NCBI GenBank assembly: GCA_028534125.1
Contig: CM052824.1
Location: 60,078,001-60,142,000, forward strand
Reading direction: 5' to 3'
Source of the DNA: Lama glama
Lineage: Eukaryota
DNA: 64,000 bases
Positions 34,311-47,509 of this stretch are shown piece after piece. The translations under genes were made by a program, and so were the position numbers. Under the pieces are notes generated by a model. It was not told the DNA's origin and did no database searches. It worked only from the letters and a program-made list of their open reading frames with translations. Positions within the stretch are counted from its first letter, which is position 1. Every line of letters starts with the position of its first letter.

Positions 34311-37207
34311 CCAGAAACTACGGCCCTTTGCGGAGGGGACTTGTCTGCAGGCTGAGCCGCGATCTTCTGACGGGAGTGACTGAAGGTGGCCGGTCAGGGC
34401 TCAAGGTCAGAGGGGTGAGGGAGGGGCCGACCCAAGGCCCAGGCTGAGGAGACGGAGGGGGCGGCTGTCCTGGCAGGCTTCCTGCTCCACCCCTGCTCCC
34501 CGACCACACTCAGCACAGGGGCTCTCCCCTGGGATGGGAGCAGCTCCAGCTCCTAATAGACCCGGGGGAGGAGGGGGCAGGGGCGTGGCAGCTTCTAAAA
34601 AAGTCCTCTGCTCTCGCTGACGCTGACGAGAGGGAGGACTGCAGCCATGGCGAAGCGGCTGAGGCTGACCTCCATCTGGGACGGCACTAACGATGACCTT
34701 GAGCTTGTGCCCCACTGGGTGCCCCCCAACGCGCACTGTGGGCCTCTGCCCTGGAGGGGGTGTCAGGCGGGTCTGGGGCCCCAGCTGGACTCCCCTGCCC
34801 TCCTCCCCCGCTGCTGGCTGCTCTGGCCCCTTGCTCTCCTGGCCGGGTGACTGGCACTTGCAAAGCAAGCTGTCTGCTATCAATCTGCTGCCTGCTTTGG
34901 GCAAAGGGGCAGGTGATTCATGACTTAAACATCAGCCCCCGCACCCCAGGGTCACCAAGGGCGCCGGCCCTGTTCTTTCAGGGTCCTCCCGGAATGGGTG
35001 GGCTGCTGGGGGAGGAGGTGGGGGCAGGGCTCCAGCCAGAGGGAGGGCCAGAGAATCCCCCGTGCTGAGTTTCCCTGGGGAGGTCGGGACAGCAGCAGCA
35101 GAGCCGGTGCCGGGAGGTGTGAGACCACGGGACGTCCCTCTTCCCAGGCCAGTCGGCCGGCCAGCCCCTCAGAGATCAGAAACGCAGAGAAGTGGAACCC
35201 CGTCGTGTTTAAACTGACCAGCCAGGGTAACTCACAGAGACACATGGCATCTCTGGGCACCAGCCTCAAAGCCACCCTCAAGAACAGAAGCCCCATTATC
35301 TCATCCCAAAGGTCAAAGTTGAACGCCCACGGCACCGGGAAGACTGGCCGAAGGGGAGGTAAGAGGGCAGCGCAGAAGATGGCCCTCGTCCCTCCTCCTC
35401 CTTACAACAGGGCCATGAAACGGCAGCAAAAAAGGAAAAAGCCCAAATTCACCAGCCAGCCCCAACGCAGGGTGCCAGCACACCCCCCAAGATTTTCCAA
35501 CTGAGTGCCCACGGGGCCACACCTCCCCCTCCCAGCACACGTGTAGCGGGAAGGGCCGCGCCCCAGCACCTGCCCGGCGGGGGCGGGGGCGGGAGGGCCC
35601 CCCCGGACTCTCCGGGCCGGGGCTCTCCCAACTCCCGGGTGCTGTATTCCGAAGGGAAGGGGCTGTGACAAGCAGCCAGGCCCCCTTGACTGCCTTCCAG
35701 CTGAACTTTGCCCCCCACTCCCACACACATCTAAGTGCCGGGGCGATGCAGGGCAGTCGGGGGGCTGGGCCGAGGCGAGTGGGGGCTTGTGGGCTGCGTG
35801 GACCCGGGGAACCTCAGCGGAGAAGCTGAGGACGCCGCCTGCACCGTGAAGACCACGCAGGACAGAAGCAGCAGAAGGGGAGCGGTTCCGCGGGCGCAGC
35901 TGGGACGCGGGGTGGAAGCGGGGTCCGAACGGCGTTCCCAGGGGCCGGCCCCGGACACAACCTCAGAGGGGCGGCCCGCTGTCACCCGAGGACCTAGCAC
36001 TCCAGGCTGGCTCCGCAAATCACTTTTGTGTCTCCTTGACGGGTTCGGCTTTCAGCCCTCTAGGAGAGGGAGGCAAAGAAGCCGAGATGGCAGATGCTGC
36101 CGCACGTACAGCAGGCCCGCCGGGTTTTACACAGAGCCCCATCAGGACCGACCCGGCCTTGCCCTCCTCCTCCCTGAACTCGCAGATTGCAGGTTTCCTG
36201 ATGCGGACGATGGCGTGGGGGTGGGGGACACACAAGATCATGTGAAAAGAGGTTTACGGTTTTCCCCTCTTTCGCCAAGAACCGCAAACACACGGTTGCG
36301 AACGGTATTAAAGAACCACCCCCCACCGCCCACCTGGACAGCCACCCTCACCCCCAAGGGGTCCTGAGACATCTCAGCCCTTGAGGGGGTGCTCAGCCCA
36401 GAAACCACTGGACGCCGCCCACACTGGACAAGAAGGGTGCTGCGGCCCCCGGGCGGGAAGCGCTGTGCACAGCAGGACAGTTGGAGGGGCTTCTGTGAAG
36501 CGCAGTTTTCTTCTGAGTCAGGGGTATTTCCATGGACCACTTTGTCAGAAACCTGATCCCCACCTGCTATGTGGGGATGAGAAGGGAGCTCAGGGCTTAC
36601 AGACCCGAGATGGACGCCCTCTCTAGCCCTTCTTTGTTCACCACGGGAAATCTCCACCTTCCTCCAGCCAAACGAAGCCCCCTCCTCCAGGGAGCCCTCC
36701 CAGATGGCCCCTCTGGACCTGGCCACATCCGGACTGACTTGTAGCCCCTCGCTGGCTAGCAGACCAAGCACTCTAGGGAGGGGCTTCACTGCCAGAACAT
36801 TCTGGGGCCTTTGAGAGAAACATCCTAGGGACTGTGCCTGGGTGGCTGGGGACAGCGCTGGTAGCATCCTCTGGGCAGCCACCCCTGTCCCCAGAACTTA
36901 TCTCACACATGATGAGGCTTTGCAGGAGGGAGGGGTCAGCTCTGCATTCCTCACTCCCTTCATGACAGGCTCACGTCTAAATCTGCACCGTGTGACCCAC
37001 CTCACATGCTGGCTCTCGGGCCCGGTGGCTGTGAGGTCAGAGAGAGGGGAGAGGGGCCCGGGGGCCGCCCGAGGGTGCTGCTGTAGATACGGGCCTGCCC
37101 TCTGCCCCTGGACGCCTGGGCGGGGCAGCGAGCAGCAGGGGCCGTCCCGAGTCTGACATGCACGTCTCAGGCTGGCACTGGACTCCACCTACATCACTGC
37201 CCCATGT

Positions 37208-37250
37208 CCTCTCTCTGACTCAGTTTCCTCACCTGTAAAATGGAATAAGC
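37208..37250 (+). mobile_element. MIR core
   Basis: ctcagtttcctcacctgtaaaatgg is a near-exact MIR core. Confidence 0.85.
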
Positions 37251-37844
37251 CTCCTCCCACTGGCCCTCCCATCCACCCTGTGTGTCTGATGACCCAACAC
37301 TGGGATGAGCCCCTCAGGTCCAGTACCACCCTCTGCACCAGCCTCTCCCCAGCCAGGGGCATGGGGTGGGGGGAGAAGGCATGCCCTGCCTCCCTGGCCC
37401 CCATTTACAACCCAGAGCCCCCCTCGGCGACGTGGGCCAGCATGAGGGCCCTAAATGTGTCCCCAGCTTCCCAAGCACCGGGGCTGCCCCAGTACCCACC
37501 ACACGACAAGGCGGGGTACGGATTGCATGCTGGCCGGAGGAGGGGACCCTCATGTTGGGGTGGGGGAGGAGCCTGTTGTCCACACAGTGGTGTGTGTGCC
37601 AGGAGTGGGAGGTGGGGGCTTGGGGGCCGCAGGTAACGCCTGGTTGGCCTGCTCTGTCTACACTTGGTGCCTCAAGCCGCCGGTCAGAGAAACCAGCATC
37701 CCGGGCCTGGGACAGCACGGGGGGGCCTCAGAGCTGGGCCCCCCACCAGGTCCTCGCGGACACAGGGACATGGCGGTTAGAGTCCCAAAGACTGGGAGCT
37801 GACTTTGCACACTCTGCAATCCAGTGAAACGGGGACAATAAAGC

Positions 37845-38005
37845 AGTGGGGGGCAGTGGCCCTGGACACATCCAGGTCTGGGTTCAGATCCTGGCTGCGA
37901 GACTAGGAGGAGGGCCCCGCCTCCCCGGGCCTCCATTCCCGCCTGTGAAATGGGTGACACAGGGCTGAGCCCCACCGTGCACTGTGAGGACCCCAAATGG
38001 TGTGC
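37845..38005 (+). mobile_element. MIR SINE fragment
   Basis: ctgggttcagatcctggct...cctgtgaaatgggtgac...tgtgagga. Confidence 0.7.
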
Positions 38006-39159
38006 GACCCTGGGGAGGGTCGATCAGCATCCCTGCCTTCGCAGCCTCACCCTCACCGTCGCTGCCCTCATCGGCCTCCGGCAGGCAGCCCCTCAGTGTC
38101 CAGCCCCGCCCTGCCAGTGTCCTGGGGCGCCCAGACAATACGAGCAAAACCACCTTGCTGCACCTGGACGTTTAATCCCAACTGCTGGGAAGTGAAAGGC
38201 GAGGCCCTGGCGGGCCCTCTCCGAGCTTGCCACCCAGCGCCCCAGGAGGACCTCTGTCCCCTCCCCAGGCCCTACCTGCCCTGGGCCGACGGAGGGCACT
38301 GAGGAGGGTCTCGGGAGACCCAGTCCCCCGAGGGCCGGGGAAGGGAGGCGAGGGGCGGCGGGGGTCCAGCGCCCAACTGAACAATGCCCATCCCTGTTTC
38401 TCGGGGAAACCCAACCCTATAATTACGCCGAGCCCCGGGGGGTGTGCCGGGGCCACAATGCCAGTGCTTGGAAGGAGGCCGGGGAAGAGACCCTTTAATT
38501 GTCACTGCCACGCCGGGCACATTGCGTCAGGTGGGCTCCGGTTACCGGCTCACAGCTGGCGTGTCACCTGCCCGCGCGGAGGGGGAGGGCATGGCGGCTG
38601 AGCGCAGAGCCCGCCAGGCTGGGCCCTGCCGGCCTTGGCAGTGGCTGCTCGGGCTCCAGCCGCCCTGGACGTGCTGTGATAGCCCCTTCCTGCTGGTGGC
38701 AATCTCGTTGTTTGCCCCCAGATAAGAAATGGGGGTTCGTGTTTTCTTTTCTTGAGAAAATGTCCGGCCCAGGGACGGTGTCTGCAAGGCAGGAAGAGCC
38801 GGGCACAGCGGACAGGCCACCCTCGGCCCACCCTTCCCACCAGGTGCCCCTTCCCGGCGAGCCCCACCTGCTCTCGGCCGGCCTGGGGGTACGTGGGCTG
38901 GGGACCGTGGGCGTCCTCCCAGCCAGTGGGGGGGTGACTGGCCTCAATCTCCTTCCCAGGCAGGGCTGGGCCAGAGCCCTGGGGGCTCTTCCTGGTTTCA
39001 GGGGTGCTCCACAGCCCCTCCAATGGGCGACCCAGCTCCGCCAGGGAGACGCCCGTGCTCCCTCCCAGCGCTGACCCAGCGGGCGGCCAGTGTGCGGACG
39101 TGGGACCCCAGGCCCCAGCCTGTGGGTGGCCGGCAGCTCCCCTGCTGCCCGGCAGCTCG

Positions 39160-39430
39160 GCTGTCTAATCCCCCGCTAATGCGCCCCGATCCCCTCCACC
39201 AGTGTTCGGGGAGGTGGGTCCCGGGCGCCCCACGCAGGCTGCGCAGTCAGGCCCCTCCACCAAACAAAAGGCCGCCTGTTCCCTGCCTCTGCCTCCTCGA
39301 GGCTTAAGGACATTTTTGTCATTTTTGACCAGCTAATGTCTTGAAAAAGAAAATAAGTGCTAATCGCTTTAAGTTTAATCTTCGCTGTTTTGAACACTCT
39401 AGGTGCCGATGCTGACTTTCCTGGACCAAT
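39160..39430. promoter_or_regulatory. Candidate conserved non-coding element
   Basis: Repeated TAATC/CTAAT (CTAATCC, CTAATCG, TTAATCT), CAATTAG and TTGTCA. Confidence 0.45.
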
Positions 39431-39924
39431 TAGGTCCAGGCCCTGCTGCCCACGGGTCTCTTCCTGACCCCCCTCAGCCCCACAACCTGCAGTGCGGCAG
39501 GCGGGCTGCCCCGCCGGGGAGGGGGCTCCCCCTGCCACGTCCTGTCCGTAAACCGCTGCCCCTCTCAGCCCCGGCCGCCCATGCGACTTCCCCGCCTCCC
39601 AGCCACTGCTCGGGCTGTGCCCTCTGCCTGGCGTCCCCTCCCTCTGCCAACAGCTCCTCGCCAGCCAAGTCCCCGTCTTTAAGAATCAAGATGCGTGCCA
39701 TGTTCCAGGGAACCTTCTGGCCTGCCAGTCTCCTCCCCTGCTGCTGGCCTCCCGGGCCCTTCCCACACAAGTCTCATTATTTGGGAAGACTCTGTGCATG
39801 AGCTCCCTTCCCATTGGCCGTCAGCTCCAAAGGGCCAGGCCGGGGGCACACCCCACTCCTGCCCAGCACTGGCCCGGGGACATCGTGAGCCTGGGCTGGC
39901 TCTCGGGAGGCTGGGTCAGGGAAT

Positions 39925-40015
39925 GAGTGATCTGGGGCAGCTGTTACCTCTCTGCAACATGGGCCAGCAGCTCCATGTGTTGCGGGTTCTGCAGAAGTTA
40001 GATGAGACCAAATGG
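39925..40015 (+). mobile_element. Degenerate MIR
   Basis: gtgatctggggcagctgttacctctctg...gttagatgaga. Confidence 0.35.
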
Positions 40016-41239
40016 CTGGGTGCCTCCCGGGGTCTCAGGAAGACGAGGGAAGGGCCCGGGAACCACTTCCAGCAGTGCCGGGTGCTGGAAATAGCAGCTC
40101 CGGAAGGCCCCGCCCCGCAGGACTGCGGGGCCTCTGGGGAAGAACACCCTACCCCAGCTTCAGCAAGGCCTTCTCCAGGGCGGCCCAGCGGCCCAGACCC
40201 GAGGGCTGCGTACCAGGAGGCAATGAAGCCAGCCCTGCGAAGCCCTCCAGTGGTTTCGTCTCCCCAACCCCGTCAGGATGTCCCTCTGGTCTGTGGGGGC
40301 TGGGGACAAGCAGGGCTGCCACGCGGGGCCCACACGCCCAGCCGCCGGTTGGCCACACGAGGCTCCCTGCCACCAATGCAGACCCGCCTGCCGCAGGTCC
40401 GAGCCTCTCCAGAGCAGCTGCCTGTCTTCTGTAAACACCCCGACCCGGGCCGTTCAACACGGCTCGGCGCTAATTACAGGCCCATTTTTCCGTCAACCTG
40501 GGGCAGAAGCACAGCATCTGCATTTGTGACAGGCAGGGGTCCCGGGCGTGTGGCCTTGGCCAGCGGCCCTGCCAAAGCCACTCCAGGTCCCTGCAGGAAG
40601 GAGGGACTTCCTCAGCGGATGCGCCCGCCTGTCCCACCAGGCAGCTCCTCAGACAACGCGGGGCCACAGTCAGGCTCCCTTTGCTTCAAAGGCAAGTTCC
40701 ATTTAAAGTGAACCATCCTCTCTTTCTCGGGAAGCAGCAAGAGTGCAAACAGGACGGCTCTAGAACATTCCGGGCTCACGTTGGCTCCAGGGAAGCAAGA
40801 TCTCTGAAAGATGGGGGGAGGGGGCCATGATGGGGCAGGGAAGAGGCCCCTCCCACACTTGCACAGCGTCCGGGGTCCCCGGTGGTGAACAGTGCAGCCC
40901 ATCTGCCTCTTGGGAAATGCGTTCTCATCTGGAAGGTTCTGGAAAGTTCCAGAAGGGTCTATGTGGGCAGACCCCTGGGGAGCCAGGGCACTGCTCTGAC
41001 CAGGCCCAGGTTTCCTGTCCACGTCCACGCTCCACCCCGCAGCCTCCTCGCCTCTGCCTGCTGGCTGGACACGAAGCTGGGCAGGGACCAGGCCTGTGTC
41101 AGGCTCTGACCCACAGCAAACATCGTCGAAATAATAAGACGAGGCAATGACCTCCCGCTTCCCCCTGCTACGCGACCCCAGTTCCCAAATCCACCCTCCA
41201 CAGCCTTCCAGGCTGCTCAGGCCGCAGGGATCCAGCCCC

Positions 41240-41490
41240 AAACTCAGATAAATCAGTTGAAACCTTTAAAAAGTGCCCTTAATGCCCCATTGTGCCCCAA
41301 CTGCTCAGTCCCCAACTATATAATTAGCACATAAAGAACTCTCTCCTCCAAATTAAATAGCAGTAATTGGTTTGTTTTTCTTTAAACTAATTTAAACCCT
41401 AAACCCTTTGGGGAAAAAGTTGTCATTGTTTACACATTAAACGGCCCAGCATTTTAAGTATTACGGGGCTAATTTAACAGGCTTATGGAG
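41240..41490. promoter_or_regulatory. Strong candidate conserved non-coding element
   Basis: AGATAAATCA, TAATTAG, TAATTGG, CTAATTTA x2, CATTGTTTAC (SOX/FOX) and TTACGG. Confidence 0.6.
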
Positions 41491-41889
41491 GACATGGGCC
41501 ACGGGGCGAGGCCCAGGAGGAGGAGGACGGCCTTCTCCCAGCGGCAGGGAAAGGGCCACCCGCTCTCGAGGAAGGTGGGCCCCGGCCCCCCCGGGGCGGC
41601 CCCGTCCGTGGACAGAGCTCAGGCTGAGCGGGAGGGGCTCGGGAGGGGCGCGGGGACCTCGGAGCACCGCACACACCCAGGAGCAGCCAGCCGGCGCCCT
41701 TCAACGGCAGACAGACAATTGCTTATCGTTTCTAGAACTGTCTCATTCCCTTTTCTTTCTGCGTTGGAGGCAGTGGAGGATACAAGAACTTGAATTCTTT
41801 CCACTATGAAACGTTTTCTTTCCACGCTAAAAAATCCTTCGAAGTAAACTGGACGAGGAGACTGCTGGGGCACACAAGTGGAACTCCAG

Positions 41890-42440
41890 TGTAAACCTTT
41901 AAAAAAAATCCTGACTGAATGGAGAGACAGATCGTGTTCCTCAGTGAGAAAGATTAAAAATCACAAAATTTCCCATTCCCTTCACATTAACCTAAAAATG
42001 GGACAGATTACAAAATAAAGCTTTGTTTTTTAACTTGAGAAAAATGACCCCGAAGTTTTTCTCGAGGTGGGCCTGGGGGTAGGGGGCAGAACTGGACAAT
42101 GACAATAAATGTTTAAAACAGAGGGGGAACCTGGCTTTTCCGCGAATTTACATATTGGCTATACGGCGCAGAGGATACAGACAAAAACAGGTGACAATTC
42201 CGAGGCGGGGCGCAGGTGGGAGGAATCCACACACCAAGCAGTGGACCCAGGGGACAGAGCCCCCTCCCCACCTCGGGCATCAGGTAAATGACCTCGGGAC
42301 AAGTTCTCAGCAGGCCTGGCGGATCCTGGAAATGGCTGGAACGCGGCAAAGGGGAAGATCTGCGTCTCTCACGCAAGGTAGACGGTGTGAAGGCGAAGCT
42401 GGGGCTCCAGGGCACGCCGGTCACAAACACGTAGAATAAA
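41890..42440 (+). mobile_element. Ancient L1M ORF2 relic
   Basis: gaatggagagacagatcgtgttcctcagtgagaaagatt resembles L1 aaatggagagatataccatgttcatggattggaagact; weak collinear similarity continues. Confidence 0.55.
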
Positions 42441-43302
42441 GGATGCCGCGAGGGAAGAGGCACGCGGCTCTGCGCAGAGGGAAGGTGAACTGTCTGTAAT
42501 GAGCTCTCGAAAATTCAGAAGCTGAAGAGGAGGGTCCCGGAGGGGAAGGCTGCCCGGCTCGGGTGGGCAGAGGAGGGGACAGTGAGGATGACGTCACGGA
42601 CACGCGCATTGAGTCAGCAGTGGGGTGGGAGGGGCACCGTCCACGCCTGGACGCGGGGCGACCATCGGGGCGGCCGTCGGGGGCAAGGTGGCTCCGTTTC
42701 CAAGTCCCAGGCAGTGCTGGGCCCCCGACCACACGAGGACTCAGCCCTCTTCCACCTGGAGCCCGGATGGTCCCTGTTGCATTTGGGCTTTGTTGGTGGT
42801 TTGCCAAGGACACACAGGGATGTGGGGGCCAAGTGGGTGTGGACTGGCCCTCGTGGGGACAGCGCAACTGCCTGCAGGCTCGGAGACCCGGCCAGGCCCA
42901 CACGCTGCTCACTGCCTGCCTGGGCAGAGAGGTGTGCTGGCTTCTCACTGAGATCTGGGCCCTGACCCCACGCGTCCTTGCACCCTGGGACTTGCAGGGG
43001 ACCAAGCCGTGTGCCTGGGGTCTCAGTGTCTTCAATCATTCTTCAGATTGTTCCGTAACCGCTTGTGCAGAGCAGGTCGTCCACACTGGAGCCCACTGCC
43101 CTTGGCGGGTACAAAGGGGTGTGACCCCCTCCGCCGACTCAAAGGCCAGGGGCAGCGGGGCTCCTGGAGCTGGGGCCAGGCTCCCCTCCTCCCACACGCC
43201 GGCTTTTCTTGCTCCTCTTTCATTTTTTGCGGAACACGGATCCTCATTTCACAAGGAGAGACTTGCCGGTAACTATATGGTAACGTGTTTCACTGAATAA
43301 AG

Positions 43303-43372
43303 TACGTGCACGTGCGTATGTTGTATGTGGTATGTCGTGTGTGTGCGTACACACACGTGAACACAACACATA
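43303..43372. repeat. TG/CA low-complexity tract
   Basis: tacgtgcacgtgcgtatgttgtatgtggtatgtcgtgtgtgtgcgtacacacacgtg. Confidence 0.7.
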
Positions 43373-45449
43373 GAGATGGGAACAGAATGAGAGGGAGGCG
43401 GGCCAGGGCAAGTCGAAGCCAATCCCCTTTTCTCCCCCAGGAGCCTCTGCTCAGCAGGGTGGGGGACCGAGCGCCTGCAGACCCTGTACACGCCCCGACC
43501 CCGCGGCACGCACGCCCTTCGGGGTCTCCCACGGTGACGGGAGAGACAGAGAATGTGCTGCAAAGGTCCCTGGGCTCCCATCCGGTTCTGGTCCTGCCCG
43601 TGACATCAGGACAGGTCCACGTGGGTTTCAAATGCACAGGGACTCTGAACCTGCCACCCTCAGCATCTCTACATCTGTCACAGGCACAGGGGTCAGCTGC
43701 AGGGCACCCCCCCAGGCTCCCCCATCGCCCCCTCAGGCTGCACAGACACCCTGCACGTCAAGAAGGAAGTGGGCAGAGGTGATGACGCCCTCACCCCCCC
43801 GGGCCCCCTCCTCCCATCTCACACGGCCCTCCTCCCCCTTCCCCGTCGAGGACACCAGGCTGGCAGTGATGGCCATGACTCTCAGGCCAAGCTGTGGTCT
43901 TCTCCTGGGAGGGAGCAGGGGCCAAGCAGACCCCAACTGCCAGCAGGGCACTTGCAGACAAACATGTCACCTGTCTGTCCAGTGCGTTCCCATGGAGCCC
44001 ACCTTGGGAACCAGGGCCAGCTGGGCACCATCGCTACCCAGAAAACACCAGCTGACCGCTGGTGTGGCCACTGGCAGCGAGGTGGGGGGCAGAACCACCC
44101 TGCGAGGCCAGGTGTCGTCCTTCCTCGGCCAGGCTGGGTCACGGACCAGGATGGGAGCACCTCCACCCTGCACCTTGGACACTCGGCCTTGGAGTCACAT
44201 CAGGACCCTGCCCAGGTCTCCTGCTGAGGGAGGGGTGCCCCCCGGAGCTGGGAACAGGCTGGGCACTGAGGGACCCGGGTGGGGAGACCTGTGCGGGGAG
44301 ACCCAGCCCTGCCCCTGAAGACACACACCAGAGAGGCTGAGAAGCCGGGGACTCGCTTCGGGGCCGGCTCACCACTCCTGGTGACGGAGGCCATCGGGGG
44401 TCGGGGGTTTGGCTTGTCTGTGGCCACATGGGGTCCCCATGCACAGACACTCAGGCACACACGCCCGGGCACACACGACAGGCCAATGTTTAATCGACCC
44501 CCTCATTTAACCCACACATCCCAAAACGCACTGCGCTCTACGTCTCCCGGGACACTTCCTTTCACACCTCGTTCACCCCAAACTCTGCAGCCGACTGCCC
44601 TTGCACCCCTGAACTGGCCTCCCCGGGCCTGAGCCTGTGAGCCCCCACTGCCGGAGGGAGCGTCACTAAGACAGGCCACCTGGGGCCCGGTCCAGCGGGC
44701 CCCTCTGCCACATCTCCGCGCGGCGGGGTACTTTCCCACCGCTGTGCGCGTGTCTTCACGATCACAACAAAGGAATCACGAAGCAACCCCAGAGGAGGCT
44801 CAAGTCCGTCTTCCTCGGGATCAAACAGGAACCAAAGTGGGCTTCATGGCCCCAAGTTTTGTGGGACAAGGCACCTGGGGTGGGGAGCAGTGAACAGCCT
44901 GCTGCCTGTCGCTCTCATGCCCTCTGCGCTCTCCCTCTGAGCATGCTGGTGGACTGCACGCAGCGCATGCGCGGCAGACAGATGGCCGGATCGGTCCTCC
45001 CATGTTAAAGCGCACAGGGGGCTCCTTCCGCGGGGGTTGGCCGGGGGCAGGGGGCTTTGACTCAAGCACTCTCTGAAGGGGACGGGAACATACTGGCCCT
45101 TTCCTCAGGAATTAGTAATTTAGCAAAACCAGGCAGGAAGCTGGGGGAAGGGTCCCAGATGCCAGGGGCCTCCTGATAAGGGCCAGTTCCCATGCCTGAT
45201 TCTTGGAGCAGTCCCCTCCCTGTGACCATCCCACCCAGCTCTCTGGGCTCCGAGGTGAGCAGCGGGCACCCACAGGCCTCCCGGGACCAGGGCCTGGTGG
45301 TCTGCCCACTTCCCTGCTGCTCCCACACGCCCAGAGGCAAGTCGGCCTCTGCCAGGTGGAATCGGCCAGCCCCGGCCCAGGTCCCACTGTCCCCTGCCCT
45401 GCGGAGAAGGGGCAGGGTCTCCAGCACAGAGGGAGGGCAGCGGCCTGGA

Positions 45450-46000
45450 ACATCTGTATCATTTTACCGGCGGAAAGGATCTGCTTAGCAGCAAGTCTTC
45501 CAAAATGAAACCAGAAACCAGGTCTAATCATTTGAGCTCGATAGAGATTCCCCAAACGCCGGGAACGCGGGCTGCGCCGTGCTGGAAGCAGCGGCCTCTC
45601 TCTCCAGACACACAGACCCCGCGAGCAGCAAAATGATGTGCACTGGCCGCACCCACAGAGCTGAGGGCCGGGGAATCCATCTCCCGGGGCGGCGTCTGGG
45701 TAAGGCGATATCTGATGTAGCAAACAAGAAAAGCGAAGCTGTAGAAACCAACACGGACCAGCTCTTGGCCAAGTCTGTGCAGGGCTGTTATGCATTTGAA
45801 ACCAGCCGGTGCCAAATCGCAGCAGGCTCCCCGCGCCAGAAACCAGGAGGGTCAGGCGAGGATCGCAGGAGCGCCGAGATTTGTCTCAAAAGAGCGCGGT
45901 GCTGAAATCTATTTTGAGTTTTGCAAAACAAGAGGCCGTCTGGGCCTGGCTCCCTCTCCCTGCAACTTTCCTCTCTGACCTTTCCCTTTTCATTTTAAAC
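45450..46000. promoter_or_regulatory. Candidate regulatory element
   Basis: Non-repeat mixed CpG/AT stretch with TGTATCA, CTAATCATT, TATGCATT and TTTGCAAA. Confidence 0.4.
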
Positions 46001-46879
46001 CCAGCGTTCCAGCCTCGCTCCCACTGCCGGCCTCCAGCTCCGGGCCCTGGCGGCGCTGGGCCAGGGTGTCAGGACAGACCGAACCCCAGTGGCCAGTCCA
46101 GTACCCACTCGCTTCCAGCTCCGGGGAGTCTTGGGGCCTCCCTGGGCGAAGCAAGCTCCCAGCCCTCCTAAGTTTGCCAGAACACATGGCGGGGGGCATC
46201 TGGGGGCCATGAGCCAGCGCTGGAACTGACATCAGAGGACCCATGCCCCACCCCCACCCAGTGCACCAGCCCACAGAATCAGGAGCCTTTCCGGAATGTT
46301 CCTTGCACCTCCCTGCCCCTGTGCTTTTGCACGTGCCGTCCCCATCACCAGGAACACCCTTCTGTCCAGTCCGGGCTGGGATCTTCAGCCCCCTCCTCCT
46401 CCCTCCAGAAACATCTTCCCTATAATACGGGGTTCACACTAAAGTCCAGGGCTGGGGCCGTTCATCCAGTGCCAACCTCCAACCCTCTGTCTCCCAAAGA
46501 GCATCACCCAGTGCCCCTGGTCTCCCAAGCCCACCTGGGGTTTCTGAATGCCCTTCCAGGAGGGCGAGAGAGGCTGGACATGGAGCGGGCCTGTCACTCA
46601 CTGTGCAGCTGTCATGGGACCCTCGGGCCTCACCATATCCATCCATACAGTGGGTCAGCTCAGGCCCATCCCCGCAGCATAAGGAGGAACTGAGTCTCCA
46701 GGAGCCAAGAGGGTTCTGCAGAGGAGGACGCACGTCGGCAGCCTGGGCCCAGCCGGGGCGACATTGTTCCCAGGCAACGCCCGGCTGGCCGGGTGAGGGC
46801 CTGGGGACCGGCTGCCGCCTCCGCCGGCCAGAGGAGCTGGGCCGGGGAAGGGAGGCCACAATGGGCCCCTTTCTCCCCT

Positions 46880-47175
46880 TGTTGATTGAGACAGTTAGGT
46901 TGAGAATATTTAAACAGTTGTACATTCACAGATTGCAAGGAGGGGTGAGGCTGAGCTGAGGAGGGAGCCCCGCGATCAATGCATCACCAGATAGCGGCCC
47001 CGCGCTCTCCGCGGCTTTAAGCGAAGATCAGCCACTCACACTCCAATTCCTCCTGCTAATTAAGCAGCCTGTTAATTGCTCTTGGGCTCTAATGCCCATC
47101 ATTCTGCCTGTAACAGCCCGCTGACAGCAACGGGCCTGGGGCTGGGGCCCACAAAGGAGCCTGGCCCTTAATGAG
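46880..47175. promoter_or_regulatory. Strong candidate conserved non-coding element
   Basis: TGATTGA, ATCAAT, CTAATTAA, TTAATTG, TGACAG, ACAAAG and TTAATGA cluster. Confidence 0.58.
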
Positions 47176-47509
47176 CCCCCAGAGCTGGGACCCCGCGCCC
47201 CGGGCTGCGCTCGCCTGGGCACCACGCTGCTCGGGGGCCGAGCGCCGTGCGGTCAGCACCCTCAAGCCAGCCAAACGTGGCACCAGTGCCAGGACGCACC
47301 AGGACAGATGGCCCGGGAGAGGCACCCCAAGACCTTCCTCTTGCTCCCCTTAAAAGACCCGTGGTCCAGGGACCTGCACAACTGCTCTCTAAAACCCAAA
47401 ACTCCCCCAAAACCTTCTCAAGCACCAGCCACAGTCAGTCTGGGGCCTGTGTTTTCAGGGGGTGCCTCCTGCCGGGCCGGCCACTCTCCCCATTGGAGCC
47501 CCTGGGCAG

